Shown here: positions 13,029 to 27,075 of the stretch, piece after piece
Layout: each line of letters starts with the position of its first letter
How positions within the stretch are numbered: the first letter of the stretch is position 1
Origin: Eledone cirrhosa
Lineage: Eukaryota
Direction of reading: 5' to 3'
DNA length: 64,000 nucleotides
NCBI GenBank assembly: GCA_964016885.1
Contig: OZ024746.1
Span: 98,704,001 to 98,768,000 of the forward strand
The notes under the pieces: generated by a model
Told to the model about the DNA's origin: nothing
What the model saw: the letters and a program-made list of their open reading frames with translations, nothing else
Database searches by the model: none
Made by a program: the position numbers and the translations under genes

Positions 13029-15968
13029 TAGTATTGAAATCTCATAGATTCGATATTATGTGAGATAATTATGTGAGATAATTATGTTAGATAAAGCCTT
13101 TACCATGAAAATATAATAGTATATATAGAGTAATCATCATCATCATCATCATCAATGTTTTATGTCCATTCTTCCACACTGGCATGGGTTAGACAGGTTC
13201 TGTTGTGGGCAGTGTCTGGTTGGCTGACCTTGTCTTGCTCATACAGAACTGATTCTGGCTTGATTTCTACAGCTGGATGCCCTTCCTAACACCAACCTCA
13301 TTTACAGTGAGTGCTGGGTGCTTTTTTGCCGTAGTGCCTACACAACCACTTTACAGTGTGGACTGGGCGCTTTCTTGTCGTGACACCTCCACGACCACTT
13401 TACAGTGTGGACTGGGCGCTTTCTTGTCGTGACACCTCCACGACCACTTTGCAGTAGGAGGGGGTGGGGGCATATTCTCTATATGCTTCAGCTTTGGCTT
13501 GTACCCGTGGGAAGATGGGTCTTCTGTATTACTGCATACCGCCAGAGGCCTCAGTCCTGTGTTATTACTAATGTAAATGCTAAAAGGTTAAAGATTGGGC
13601 TGGTACTCGGTACTACTTATAATGTTTGTTAAATGATTCTTTCTGTGGTGTTGTCTGATTTATGATGAGCAATAAAAGTGTGACTGTTAGAAAAAGGTTG
13701 CTCATTCCTAACTTATTGGATATCTGGAGCAGCTTACAGACAATTGCAACATCTGCCAGTTTAACAGTTGTTATCACCCACCAACATCTATTTATACGTC
13801 AGTGACAGTATGAATTAATTGTTTCTACTTTTTGGCACAAGGCCAGCAATTATCCCAGTGCATTACTGGTACTTTATTTTATCGATCTCGTAAGGATGAA
13901 AGGCAAAATTAACATCGGCGGGATTTGAACTCAGAATGGCAAGGGCCATAACACTATGCGTCAAAGCATGGCATCCGACCCTCTACCGATATGAATTAAT
14001 AAATAGTTATATGGTTAGTTGCCTAGTAACCTGTTGATTTCATTATCTTACAAGGTGAAGTGTATATGGAGGTAAGTCTTTGTTACATAATGGTTTCTGA
14101 TTTAGGTACAAGGCCAATAAATTTGAAGGGGAAGGGAAAGTCAATTAAATCAACCCCAGTACGTTACTGGTACTTTATTTTATCGGCCCTGTAAAGATGA
14201 CGGGCAAAGCTAACCTTGGTGGGATTTGAACTCAGAACATAAAGAGCTATAACTAAATACTGTGAAGCATTTTGTCCAACGCTCTACCGATTCTGCCAAT
14301 CCACCACCTTAGTCTTTGTTATATAATAATTGTTTCTACTTTTTGGCACAAAACCAACAATTATCCCAGTGTATTACTGGTACTTTATTTTATCGACCCC
14401 CGTAAAGGCAAGGTTAACCTCGGCGGGATTTGAACTCAGACCATAAAGGGCCGTAACTCTGTGTCTCTATTTGAAATAATGGTATCTACTATAGGCACAA
14501 GGCCAGCAATTTGGAGGGATGTGAATGTCGTTTAAATCAACTCCAGTGTATTACTGGTACTTTATTTTATCGACTCTGTAAGGACGAAAGCTAACCTCAG
14601 CGAAATTTGAAATCCGACCATAAATGGCCGTAACTCTTTGCTGCAAAGCAAGGCGTCCGGCGCTCTACCGATTCTGCCAGTCCACATAATGACATTAGAA
14701 ACTTTACTGTTTGTTGAATGAGAAATTTTACAGCTAAATACAAAAGTTAATGCCAGACATTCCAATATAAAATAAATTAGGCAACATTATGTTTCCAGTA
14801 TCGGTAGAGGGTCGGACGCCATGCTTTGACGCATAGAGTTATGGCCTTTTACGTTCTGAGTTCAAATCCTGTTAACTTTGCCTTTCATCCTTACGGGGTC
14901 GATAAAATAAAGTACCAGTAATGCACTGGGATAATTGCTGGCCTTGTGCCAAAAGTAGAAACAATTATATATATAGTAGCGTTACTCCTTACATCTGATT
15001 TAGGTATGGTGTGAAACACCTGTTTAGTATACCTGTAGAAATGAGAGTAAAACCAAAGTATTTACCAGGTGTAATTCCAAACTACCAACAAGAGACTATG
15101 AGAGAGAGACTACCTACACAGTCTGACAGTTCACTTCAGTTATTATTTATAGACATTTCGCCTAGTCCACTTTGAGTTACACAGGGGTGTTCAGGGTTTT
15201 TTCCCTACAAGGTACAAGGCTAACAATATTGAGGGGAGGGGGAAGTTGATTAAATCAATCCAGTGCATTACTGGTACTTTATTTTATCAACCCCGTAAGG
15301 ATGAAAGGCAAAGCTAACCTCGACAAGGTTTGAACTCGGAATGTAAAGGGACGTAACTAGATGTCACAATATGTTGTCCAACGCAGTCCAAAAATAATTG
15401 TTTCTACTTTTGTCACAAGGCCAGCAATTATTCCAGTGAATTACTGGTACTTTATTTTATCTACCCTGTAAGGTTGAAAGGCAAAGCTAACCTCGGCGGG
15501 ATTTGAACTCAGACTGCAAAGGGCCGTAACTCTATGCTGCAAAGCATGGCGTCCGACCCTCTACTGATACTGCCAATCCCCCGCCCTCCAAAAATAATAC
15601 AAGTGTATAAGGAATGTAATAATATTGGTTTCTAATTGAGGCACAAGGTCGGTCATTTGGAGGGAGGGGAAAGTGAATTATATTGACACCAGTACTTAAC
15701 TGGTACTTTATCAACCCCAGTGTATTACTGGTACTTTCTTATCGAGCCCCGGAAGGATGAAAGGCAAAGCTAACCTCAGCAGGATTTGAACTCGGATCGT
15801 AAAGGGATGTAACTCTATGCCATAAAGCATGTTGTCTGATGCTCTACTGATTACTGCTAATAATATTAGATGTTAGTTTGTTTTTACAAAACTTAGCAGA
15901 GAGACCTACACCTCTTGCAGAGTTAGAAATGCCAATACTTTGCAATAATTTGATTATAATTGAAGAAA

Positions 15969-16157
15969 GGGCGGTGGATTGGCAGTATCGGTAGAGGGTT
16001 GGACGCCATGCTTTGCAGCAAAGAGTTACGGCGCTTTATGGTCTGAGTTCAAATCCCGCCAAAGTTAACTTTACCTTTCATCCTTACGGGGTCGATAAAA
16101 TAAAGTACCAGTAATGTACTGGGATGATTGCTGGCCTTGTGCCAAAAGTAGAAACAG
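15969..16157 (+). mobile_element. tRNA-derived SINE family A (~190-220 bp), representative copy with 15-bp TSD; at least 25 copies in the window
   Basis: A-box-like TGGCAGTATCGG, B-box GAGTTCAAATCC, central TTTCATCCTTACGGGGTCGATAAAATAAAGTACCAG (Meta-domain-like), AT-rich tail. TSD ttataattgaagaaa at 15954 and 16158. Other TSD-bounded copies at 48534-48717 and 62180-62390. Confidence 0.85.
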
Positions 16158-18357
16158 TTATAATTGAAGAAAACTTTAAAGAATTCAGAGCCATCATTAA
16201 TCCGTCTGTATCCAGCCAGAATTCTCTCACCCCTTTCTGTTCAAACCAGCTATAACCAGCTGTTCTTACTGATGTTAAAGTATTATTCTTAAAATAAATA
16301 TCAAAATCTCATAGATTCAATATAGAGTAATGTAAATTCTAAAGGGTTAAAATAGAGTCCATACTATATGTCTGTTTTTAATTTAATTATATCCATCCCT
16401 TTTTTGAGCAGTTGGCCACAGAGGATGTGTCTCATCATATAGTGGGCTGAGTGGTTAAAGAATTGGATGCACAATTGTGAGTTCGATTCCTGGACCAGGG
16501 TATGCGTTATGTCCTTGAGCAAGACACTTTATTTCACATTGCTCTTTCTTCCTAGATTTGTGACCTGTAGATAGTATTAGCAATTGGAAAGACCAATGGA
16601 AACATTGTTTGCTTGGTCCGATTTGACGAGCTCCACCCCACTCGTGAAGCGAATGAGGTCTGGGATGTTGTCGATCGATTTCTCAATCTCATTACTAAAA
16701 GATTGAAGGTGATTTTGAAATTAGGCATACCATGCAGTTTGCCTATGACTGAGCTTGATGAAGCTCAGAGGTTATCCCTACTCCGTGTGGTATTAACCCT
16801 TTAAATACCAACCCACCAAAAACTGCTGCTATGATAGTGTTCAAATTTAAACTTTGGACTGAATTTTCATTATTACATACCAAATAATATTAAATTTCAC
16901 TAGTTAAATATTTGAGAGTTAGATATTTCGTAAAATCGGATCGATAGCAGCCCAACATAGGAGAGAGCCCCACAAAGTGGGGTGGCTGTTGCAGTGTGTC
17001 TCGCTGGCCGATGTCCGCGCAAATGCCTTTGCCAATTTTCCTCATGACGCAGCCAAAACACTGCTCTAACCTAGGTGTAGAGTCTGTCACCCTCTCCCCT
17101 TCCCTCTTCCTTTGTCTAGTAGTCCTTGTTCTTCCCCTCCTATTCCTCTCATTTATGACATTTATAGTACTTTCCAATACTGCTCTCTTTTTCTGTATGT
17201 TTATATATAACTCTACTATGAAATAAAACTGTAATTTTTCTTTTTTTCAATAAACCTCTGATAATTACCATATTTCCTAGTGCCGAGATGCTTCATCCTT
17301 GAGGACCCACCCTAATTTTGACAACCAAAAATTTGAAAAGAAATAATAAACAACCTTCGGCCTCCAGGAGGCATGGTAGATGTTTTAGACTTATTTTAGA
17401 AAAAAAGTACCGTCTTCGGTGTATTGAATATTTTGATAATTAAAACCCAAAAGCAGTAATTCTTATTAGAAATATGGATGAGGGTAGGTCAAATGAAAAT
17501 ATAAGACAGGAAGTTAATCCATTGTAAGATTAATCCCAACTACTCATTTCAAGCTGAGTGACATGGAGCAATGTGAAATGAAATGCCTTACTCAAGTGTG
17601 TACTAGGTGCTTTTTGTCGTGACACCTACACAACCACTTTACAGTGTAGGCTGGGTGCTTTTTGTCGTAACACCTACACAACATTCATTTATTAATAAGA
17701 AACATAATCTTGATATTTTTTTACAACAATTTCTATATTTGGAGGTATTTGAGATAAATATACTATTTTGGGGGGTGCTTTTTGTCACAACAAAAAGTAC
17801 CCAGCCCATACTGTAAAGTGATTGTGTAGGTGTCACAACAAACAGTACCCAGCCCACACTGTACAGTGATCGTGTAGGTGTCACAACAAACAGTACCCAG
17901 CCCACACTGTACAGTGATCGTGTAGGTGTCACAACAAACAGTACCCAGCCCACACTGTACAGTGATCGTGTAGGTGTCACAACAAACAGTACCCAGCCCA
18001 CACTGTACAGTGATCGTGTAGGTGTCATGACAAAAAGTATGGTTATCTCAAATATAGAAATTGTTGTCTAAAAAATATCAAGATTATGTTTCTTGTTAAG
18101 AAACTGTTTAATTTGAATGTCTGTAAATTGAGTCATTAAGGTATCAGATTAAAAATACCTTGCTGTGTGTTACAGCTCACTGCACTCAAATCCTGCTGAT
18201 ATCAACTTTGATGTCATCCTTTTGGGGTCAATAAAATACCAGATCACTACTGGGGTCAATTTTTCTTCTGTCTCTATCATTTTTTTCTCTTCTCTCTCTC
18301 TAGGTTGTAACATAGATATTGTCTGTTACAACCTGGAGAGCAAGGGGCTCTTCTGGC

Positions 18358-18566
18358 TTAATCCTTTAGCATTTGAACCGGCCATATCCGACCAGAATTC
18401 TCTCACCTCTTTCTGTTCAAACCAGCCATAACCAGCTGTTCATACTTATGTTAAGGTATTGTTCTTAAAATAAATATTAAAATCTCGTAGATACAATATT
18501 ATGTGAGATAAAGTGTTTACCATGAAAACAACAGTAACTATAGTGATGTAAATGGTAAAGGGTTAA
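18358..18566. mobile_element. TTAA-flanked piggyBac-like MITE family 1 (~205 bp), representative copy
   Basis: Consensus ends TTAA-CCCTTTAGCATTTA ... TAAATGCTAAAGGG-TTAA. Other copies at about 1192, 4040, 4850, 5797, 12163 (nested), 16197, 19309, 20564, 21353, 34222, 46939, 49224, 50795, 60594, 62512, in both orientations. Confidence 0.85.
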
Positions 18567-19926
18567 ATGTAATGCAACCATAGTGGTATTTTTTTGTTTT
18601 GTTTTTTTGCTTTTCAAAAATTTCTTGGTAATACTGTTTCATGTTGTACAAGGCATTAAGCGTTAATTAAGTATTTTCACTAAAATTATTAATTACTTCA
18701 TAGTAAGTTAACATATGGTTCTCATATAAAATTACATTTTATCATTTATTTTATCAGTTTCTATTCATTGTTATGCCAAATTGGCAGTCATTAGAATGTC
18801 AGATGGAATGCTTTGTGGTTTTTGTTCTGGTTCTCTGCGTTCTGATTTCAAAACCCACTGAGGTCAGTTTTGCTTTCCATCCTTTTGAGGTCAATAAAAA
18901 AAGTACTAGTCTATTACTGGGGTCAATTCTTCCTCCTTATCTCTTTTTCACCCACCCCCCCCCTCCCTCCCCTCAAAAGAAACAGCTTAGTTCTGACCTG
19001 GAAAGGGGATGTGTTCCTCTAGGTTCAATATGACCAAAAATGCCATAAATCGCTACTGTACTCCAAAAACAACATCAGGTGCATACAGATTCATGTCATG
19101 TTTTTTTTGTTAACTAAACTCTTTCCTAAGCACCCCAGTTAAAAAACACTACACACAGACACACTACACAGACACACACACACACTACACACAGACACAC
19201 ACACACACACATCTCGGGTTTTAATCAACATTGTGGGTTTATTAAAGTAATCATTGACTTCAATTTTATTTTACATCTCTACTGGAACTAGTTAAATACT
19301 TCTTGTATTTAACCCTTTAGCATTTAAACCAGCCATGTCCGGCCAGAATTCTCTCACCTCTTTCTGTTCAAACCAACTGTAATCAGCCACTCATACTGAC
19401 GTTAAGGCATTGTTCTCAAAATAAATATCATCAAAATATCATAGATTTGATATTATGTGAGATAAAGCCTTTACCATGACAATACAATAGTAAATGTAGA
19501 GTAATGTAAATGGTAATGGGTTAATTGTACAGAAGGAAAATTGGTATAGATTCCATTTGTTGTTGTTGTTGTTAACCTCTTCAGTGCTGTAGACGAGATA
19601 ACTCATCCTAACATGTTTGAACTCATTTCCAACAGTTCATAACTTCAAAGTTGTGAACTCGTTTCCAACAGTTCATAACTTCAAAGCTAGATGGGGTTAC
19701 TAGTTTATTGATGTGACGTTTGCCAATCAAAATAGTCATTTTACTGAAATAAATACCCAGCACAGTAACTGTAACTGTGTAAAATATACACGGCAGTCAA
19801 CAGGTTAATCCTTTCTAATTCTATTCCAGCCAATAGATTCTGTCTTCAACAACAATTGAATTAAATAAAGTAATTTTCTTTTACATTCACATGAGTCTTG
19901 AGATTATCTCCTTTCTTTTATTGCAG

Positions 19927-19991
19927 TTAATAGTGACTCCAATCACAAACGAATTGCATACGTAGAGCAATGTTTTGGTGCATCAGGGGAA
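19927..19991 (+). CDS. PLEKHF2: PLEKHF2 coding exon A ([21 protein letters not shown])
   Basis: Polypyrimidine tract + ttgcag acceptor and gtgagt donor. Matches Phafin2 N-terminal NSEANTRRISIVENCFGAAGQ. Starts in phase 1, so an upstream coding exon is needed. Confidence 0.9.
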
Positions 19992-22900
19992 GTGAGTATT
20001 TTTCATTTTCAAAATATTTTTTTATATTTCAAAGTAATTATTACATTCCATTCCATTTTATTTTATTTTATTTTAATTTTTTTTTTTTTTTTACAATTTC
20101 AGAATGTTTTAGACTAGTAGTTCTTAACCTGGGGTGCCAGTACTCCCAAGGGGTATGAAGTTCAGTTCTTAAGGGTGCAAGCAGATGTCCAGAAAAACAA
20201 CTTATCAGTGCTAGGTCTAGGGGTGCGGGATGGAATTTCAAAATCTCACGGGGTGCCCTGATAGAAAATGGTTAAGAACCACTGTTTTAAACTTGTAAAA
20301 TTTCAGAATGTCAACAGTCGAGCGACAAGATCCCAAACCTCATTTGCTTAATGAGTAAAGTGGAGCTCGTTAAATCGGACCAAGGAAACAATGTTTCCAT
20401 TGGTCTTTCCAATTGCTAATACTAACTATCGGTCGCCTGTCCAGAAATAAAGTGAAATAAAGTGTCTTACTCAAGGACATAACGCATCGCCCAGTCCAGG
20501 AATCAAAATCATAACCCCACAATTGCAAATACAATTCTCTAACAACTCAGACTGTTTAGTCTTTTAACCCTTTACCATATACACTACTCTATATATACTG
20601 CTGTATTTTTGCAGTAAAGCCTTTAATCTCACATGATATTGAATCTATGAGATTTAATCTCACATAATATCGAATCTATGAGATTTTGGTGTTATTTATT
20701 TCGAGAACAATACCTTAACATAAGTATGAGCAGCCATTTACGGCCTGTTTGGACAGAAAAAATGAGAGAATTCTGGCCGGATATGACTGGTTTAAAATGG
20801 TAAAGGGTTAAAATTTCAAACTATTTCAGAATGTTTAGACTTTTAAAATTTCAGACTGTTTTAGACATTTTGAAAATCATCCATAATTACTGTTGCCTCT
20901 AATGATAATGTGAGTCATTTGTTCTTGCATAGTAGAGTAGTCATTATCTTGTAATGTTATTGTTTAAAAAAAAAAAATTTATAGATTTTTTTTTCCTTTT
21001 TAACTCTATAATTATTTACATACTCCTAAATTTAAATGTCTGACATCTTCCTTTTTATGAGCATATTTAGATTTCTTCTAGTTTAGTTTACTTTGATTTC
21101 GTTTATAGTACACAAGTCTGATGGATTTTATTTTATCACTATTTGGGATGAAAGCTGGTTTACCTCATGGTGTTCAGAACATTGATTTAACCTGAAAGAT
21201 GTCTTAGCTCCGTTTCATTAGGAGTTGCTATTGATCTGTATTTAGCTACTTCACCACAGATTTAATTTTTAAATCATTATTTACTTAGCAAAGAAAGACA
21301 GGCAAAAATATAGGTTTAAGTACTAACATACTCTATTAGAAAAATGTACAAGTTAACCCTTTACTATTTACATTACTCTATATTTACTATTATATTTTCA
21401 CACTAAGGGCTTTATCTCAAATAATATTGAATCTATGAGATTTTGATGTTATTTATTTTGAGAATAATACCTTAACATTGGTATGAGTGGCCAATTATGG
21501 CCAGTTTGAACAGAAAGAGGTGAAAGAATTCTGGCCAGGTATGACCAGTTTAAATGTTAAAGTGTTAAATGACTATTTACTTGGTAGCAAAGAAAGAGAG
21601 GCAGACAGACGAGAGAATAGTTTTAAGTACTAACATACTCTAGTAAAAAAAATGTACAAGTTAATTTATGGTTGAAGTAAAAACCCTACAAACTACTTGA
21701 TGGTTAAGATATTTTTATTTTGTCCTTTTTTTTATGAATAAGAGTTTTAACAGTTCTGGGAAACAATTGTCAGTGTGTGTAATAATCACCATAGAATTTA
21801 AGACCAGAGATAAATAATGTGTGAAATAAATGATCTGCTTATTGATTATTTTGAAAATCAATATCATATTCAGCAACAGTTACCCAGGTGAAATAGAAAT
21901 CATTGAAAGTGTAAAAAAGGTAGAAGCTATACCCATCAAAGTATTGTCTCCAGTTGCTCAATGTTATAACATATTACACAACTAGCAACAGAGGAAGGTG
22001 TTCTGGCAACTTACCGTATATGCCAGCGTACAAGTCGATCCGGTGCAGGCCAACCCCTAAAATTCTGAGGTGTAATTCAGGTTTAGGCCTATATTCACAA
22101 GATAAGGCAGTTGCGGGGGGAAATAATAAAAAAAATTTAGTGGCGTACTAAAGGCTAAGACACTTCTTCTAAAACACTTCAGTCGCAAGTAAGTTCTCAC
22201 TCAGTGAATAAACCAGCCTAGCCTCACCTTAATGAAACTCCTATGGTAACGAACCCATGGTAACCTACCCTATGGTAACCTACTCTATGGTAACCTAACC
22301 TGTGGTAACCTACCCTATGGTAACCTAACCTACGCTAACCTACTCTATGGTAACCTAACCTACAGTAACCTACCCTACGGTAACCTACCCTACGGTAACC
22401 TACTCTATGGTAACCTACCCTACGGTAACCTACCCTACGGTAACCTACCCTACGGTAACCTACCCTACGGTAACCTACCCTACGGTAACCTACCCTACGG
22501 TAACCTACCCTATGGTAACCTACCCTATGGTAACCTACCCTATGGTAACCTACCCTATGGTAACCTACCCTATAGTAACCTACCATATGATAACCTAACC
22601 TACGGTAATCTACCCTATAGTAACCTACCCTATGGTAACCTAACCTATGGTAACCTACCCTATAGTAACCTAGCCTATGATAACCTACCCTATGGTAACC
22701 TACCCTATGATAACCTAACCTACGGTAACCTACCCTATGATAACTTAACCTACGGTAACCTACCCTATGATAACCTAACCTACGGTAACCTACCCTATGG
22801 TAACCTACCCTATGATAACCTAACCTATGGTAACCTACCCTATGGTAACCTACCCTATGATAACCTAACCTACGGTAACCTACCCTATGATAACTTAACC

Positions 22901-25900
22901 TACGGTAACCTACCCTATGGTAACCTACCCTATGATAACCTAACCTACGGTAACCTACCCTATGGTAACCTACCCTATGATAACCTAACCTACGGTAACC
23001 TACCCTATGGTAACCTACCCTATGATAACCTAACCTACGGTAACCTACCCTATGATAACTTAACCTACGGTAACCTACCCTATGGTAACCTACCCTATGG
23101 TAACCTAACCTACGGTAACCTACCCTATGGTAACCTACCCTATGATAACCTAACCTACGGTAACCTACCCTATGGTAACCTACCCTATGATAACCTAACC
23201 TACGGTAACCTACCCTATGGTAACCTACCCTATGATAACCTAACCTACGGTAACCTACCCTATGGTAACCTACCCTATGATAACCTAACCTACGGTAACC
23301 TACCCTATGATAACTTAACCTACGGTAACCTACCCTATGGTAACCTACCCTACGGTAACCTACCCTACGGTAACCTACCCTATGATAACTTAACCTACGG
23401 TAACCTACCCTATGGTAACCTACCCTACGGTAACCTACCCTATGGTAACCTACCCTATGGTAACCTAACCTACGGTAACATACCCTATGGTAACCTACCC
23501 TATGATAACCTAACCTACGGTAACCTACCCTATGGTAACCTACCCTATGATAACCTAACCTACGGTAACCTACCCTATGGTAACCTACCCTATGATAACC
23601 TAACCTACGGTAACCTACCCTATGATAACTTAACCTACGGTAACCTACCCTATGGTAACCTACCCTACGGTAACCTACCCTACGGTAACCTACCCTATGA
23701 TAACTTAACCTACGGTAACCTACCCTATGGTAACCTACCCTACGGTAACCTACCCTATGGTAACCTACCCTATGGTAACCTAACCTACGGTAACATACCC
23801 TATGGTAACCTACCCTATGATAACCTAACCTACGGTAACCTACCCTATGGTAACCTACCCTATGATAACCTAACCTACGGTAACCTACCCTATGGTAACC
23901 TACCCTATGATAACCTAACCTACGGTAACCTACCCTATGGTAACCTACCCTATGATAACCTAACCTACGGTAACCTACCCTATGATAACTTAACCTACGG
24001 TAACCTACCCTATGGTAACCTACCCTACGGTAACCTACCCTACGGTAACCTACCCTATGGTAACCTACCCTATGATAACTTAACCTACGGTAACCTACCC
24101 TATGGTAACCTACCCTACGGTAACCTACCCTATGGTAACCTACCCTATGAGCTATGGCAAGTCATTGATATTATTATAATCTCTACGTTAAATAGACTTA
24201 ACAAATATGAGATCCAGTAGGAAATAATTGTGGTAGGCTGCTAGAGTTATGGTAAAGGGTGTACAACGTGTGTTAGGCTGGTAGTTTCACTGTTTACGCC
24301 GTCAGTGGTAAAGGTTCACATTTTATATTCGGCAGACAAGTCGACCCCTGGATTTGGAGAGAGATTTTTAGGCTCCAAATGTCGACTTGTATGCCGGCAT
24401 ATACAGTAATAGCTAGAATAAGGATAGGATGGAAAAAGTTTAGAGAGCTACTCCCACTGTTGATCACAAAATGTTTCTCCCTATGTACAAAATGACGACT
24501 GTCTGACATCTGTGTGTGAAGTGCAATGCTGCATAGTAGTGAAACATGGGCTGTGACTGCAGAGGACATGTGGTGCTACATGGTAGTGAAACATGGGCTG
24601 TGACTGTAGAGGACATGCATAGATTGGAGAGAACTGAAGCAACCATGCTCCATTGGATGTGCAATGTAAGTGAGAGAGAAAGGCAGAGCTTGGATGAGTT
24701 GAGGGAGAAACTGGGCTTAAGAGGAATCCAAGGTAGTGTGCAGGAGAGAAGATTGCGTTGGTATGGACATGTGATGTACATGGACATATAATCGTTGGGT
24801 AAAGAAGTGGAAGGAAGATGCAGTAGATATAGACCAAGAAAGACCTCAGCAGAGGTTGTGCGAGTTGACCTCAAATCACTGAGACTCACTGAGTAAATGA
24901 CAAAGGATCGCGAGGAGTGAAGCGATGCCGTGCTGAGAAGGACATGTCTAACCCATGCAAGAATGGAAAAACGGACGTAAAAATGATGATGATGATGATA
25001 TCACAATACAGAGATGGAGAAAAATATAGGTCAGGGTAGGTCTTGATGCATGTTTAGGTACAGTGTTGGTTTAGATATTAGTATGATAGCCTGCTCACTT
25101 TGAACTGTTTAGCAAGTGACAAGATAGACCAGAGTTTCTCAAACTTTTTGGGCCACCGAACGCTCGCAACCATGTAATACCCTCAGCACACCCAACCCTT
25201 ATTTCCAGAGAGACCTACCTACACTCAAATTGTAAATTATATATAATAAATAAAATCGTTAGTATATATTATATTATTTATTATATATAAATTATGTATA
25301 AATAAATATTATATATTTTTTATTTTACTATATTTATATATAATATGTATCATTTGATATTTAATATACTATTATATCATCTCTACTACCTGTCGCCACC
25401 CCCTTAGGCCCCAGTGCCCCTGGAGGGGGTGGGTGGCTATAGTGCCCACTCTGAGAATCTCTTGTATAGAAGCTCACTACTTTGGCTGCTTGCAATGCTA
25501 GCAGGTCAGAAACTCACAAGTTTAAGCAGTGTTTCACATTCAAAATATATTAACTTGTTTCTTTTATCATTTGATTTATGTTTTATTATAATCCATTGAC
25601 TTATTTCTTTCTTTCCTCTGTAGAGACTCACACGCCCCGGTCGGGTTCTGGTAGGAGAAGGTGTTCTCACAAAAATGTGTCGTAAAAAACCAAAGCCACG
25701 ACAGTTTTTCCTCTTTAATGACATACTTGTATATGGTAACATAATAATCAGCAAGAAGAGGGTAGGCTATATATAAATTTCTTCAATTCTGTCACAACAT
25801 ATATATATATAGAGAGAGAGAGAGGAGTAGTTTGACTACCTCATACTCCTCCTCTCTCCTTACATCTGCTGCTGGTGTGTATGTATGTGTGGGTGTATGT

Positions 25901-26983
25901 GTGAGTTTGTATAAATGTGTGTTTTTGTGTGAATGTATGTGTGTGTGTTTGTGTGAATGTGTGTGTATTTGTGTGAATGTATGTGTGTGTGTGAATGTAT
26001 GTCTGTGTGAATGTATGTCTGTGTGAATGTATGTGTGCTTGTGTGAATGTATGTGTGTGTGTGTGTGTGAATGTATGTGTGTGTGAATGTATGTCTGTGA
26101 ATGTATGTGTGTGTGAATGTGTGTGTGTGAATGTATGTATGTGTGTGTGTGTGAATGTATGTCTGTGAGTGTATTTTTGTAAGAATGTCTGCATGTTTAT
26201 ATTTATATATTCATACATATAAATGTATGCATATGCACATACACACACATACACACACATATACACATCATCATCAAGGTTTAACGTCTATCTTTCACGC
26301 TAGAATGGATTTAGACGAGAATTGTCCTACTTCAGGCAAGATTGGTCGGGTGACCTTGTCTCGCTCATATACAGCTTTCTACGGCTGGATGCCCTTCCTG
26401 ACACCAACCACGCATACATATACACATACATATACACATACGTATACACATACGTATACACATACGTATACACATACATATACACATACGTATACACATA
26501 CAGACACGTATACACATACAGATACGTATACACATATATATACACATACATATACACATACGTATACACATATACACATACGTATACAGATACGTATACA
26601 CATACAGATACGTATACACATATATATACACATACATATACACATACGTATACACATACGTATACACATACGTATACACATACGTATACACATACATATA
26701 CACACACATATACACATACGCATACACATACGCATGAGTGTGTGGAAACAAATTCTAGTGCTATGAAAATATTGTAGTTTTTTTCTTTTTTTTTTTAAAT
26801 GTATTTCAAATTTTGTCAGTGAATCTTGTTTGATCAACTATTTCTGAGGTGGATAACTTTACTGAAGGAATCTTATATAATGTCTGTGTTGGAAAGTTTG
26901 AGGTATATTTAGGTACTATTAGCTGCTGACTGTTCCTCTTCCCTTTATATATATATATATATATATGTGTGTGTATATATATA

Positions 26984-27018
<35 letters not shown>

Positions 27019-27044
27019 TGTGTGTGTGTGTATATATATATATA

Positions 27045-27075
<31 letters not shown>

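Larger units (their letters stand above)
21980..24998 (+). mobile_element. RTE-clade LINE 3' fragment interrupted by a TcMar element
   Basis: Removing 22014-24408 restores [28 protein letters not shown]. Downstream are HGSETWAV and RRLRWYGHV, then a (TGA)n tail. Confidence 0.8.

Noticed and set aside
14055-14077. ATGGAG/gtaagt, a strong donor after an ATG
   Set aside because: Phase 0, incompatible with exon A (phase 1), and the acceptor is weak; at most a non-coding exon, unsupported.
15969-16062. tRNA-like A/B boxes
   Set aside because: SINE heads with no complete cloverleaf; not tRNA genes.
16613-16804. ORF containing VVDRFL, similar to the expected Phafin start MVDRL
   Set aside because: It lies in a SINE-type repeat whose inverted copy is at ~20310-20550; there is no ATG or suitable phase-1 donor.
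22240-24150. Interstitial telomere
   Set aside because: The unit is a 15-mer, not (TTAGGG)n, and is enclosed by transposon TIRs.
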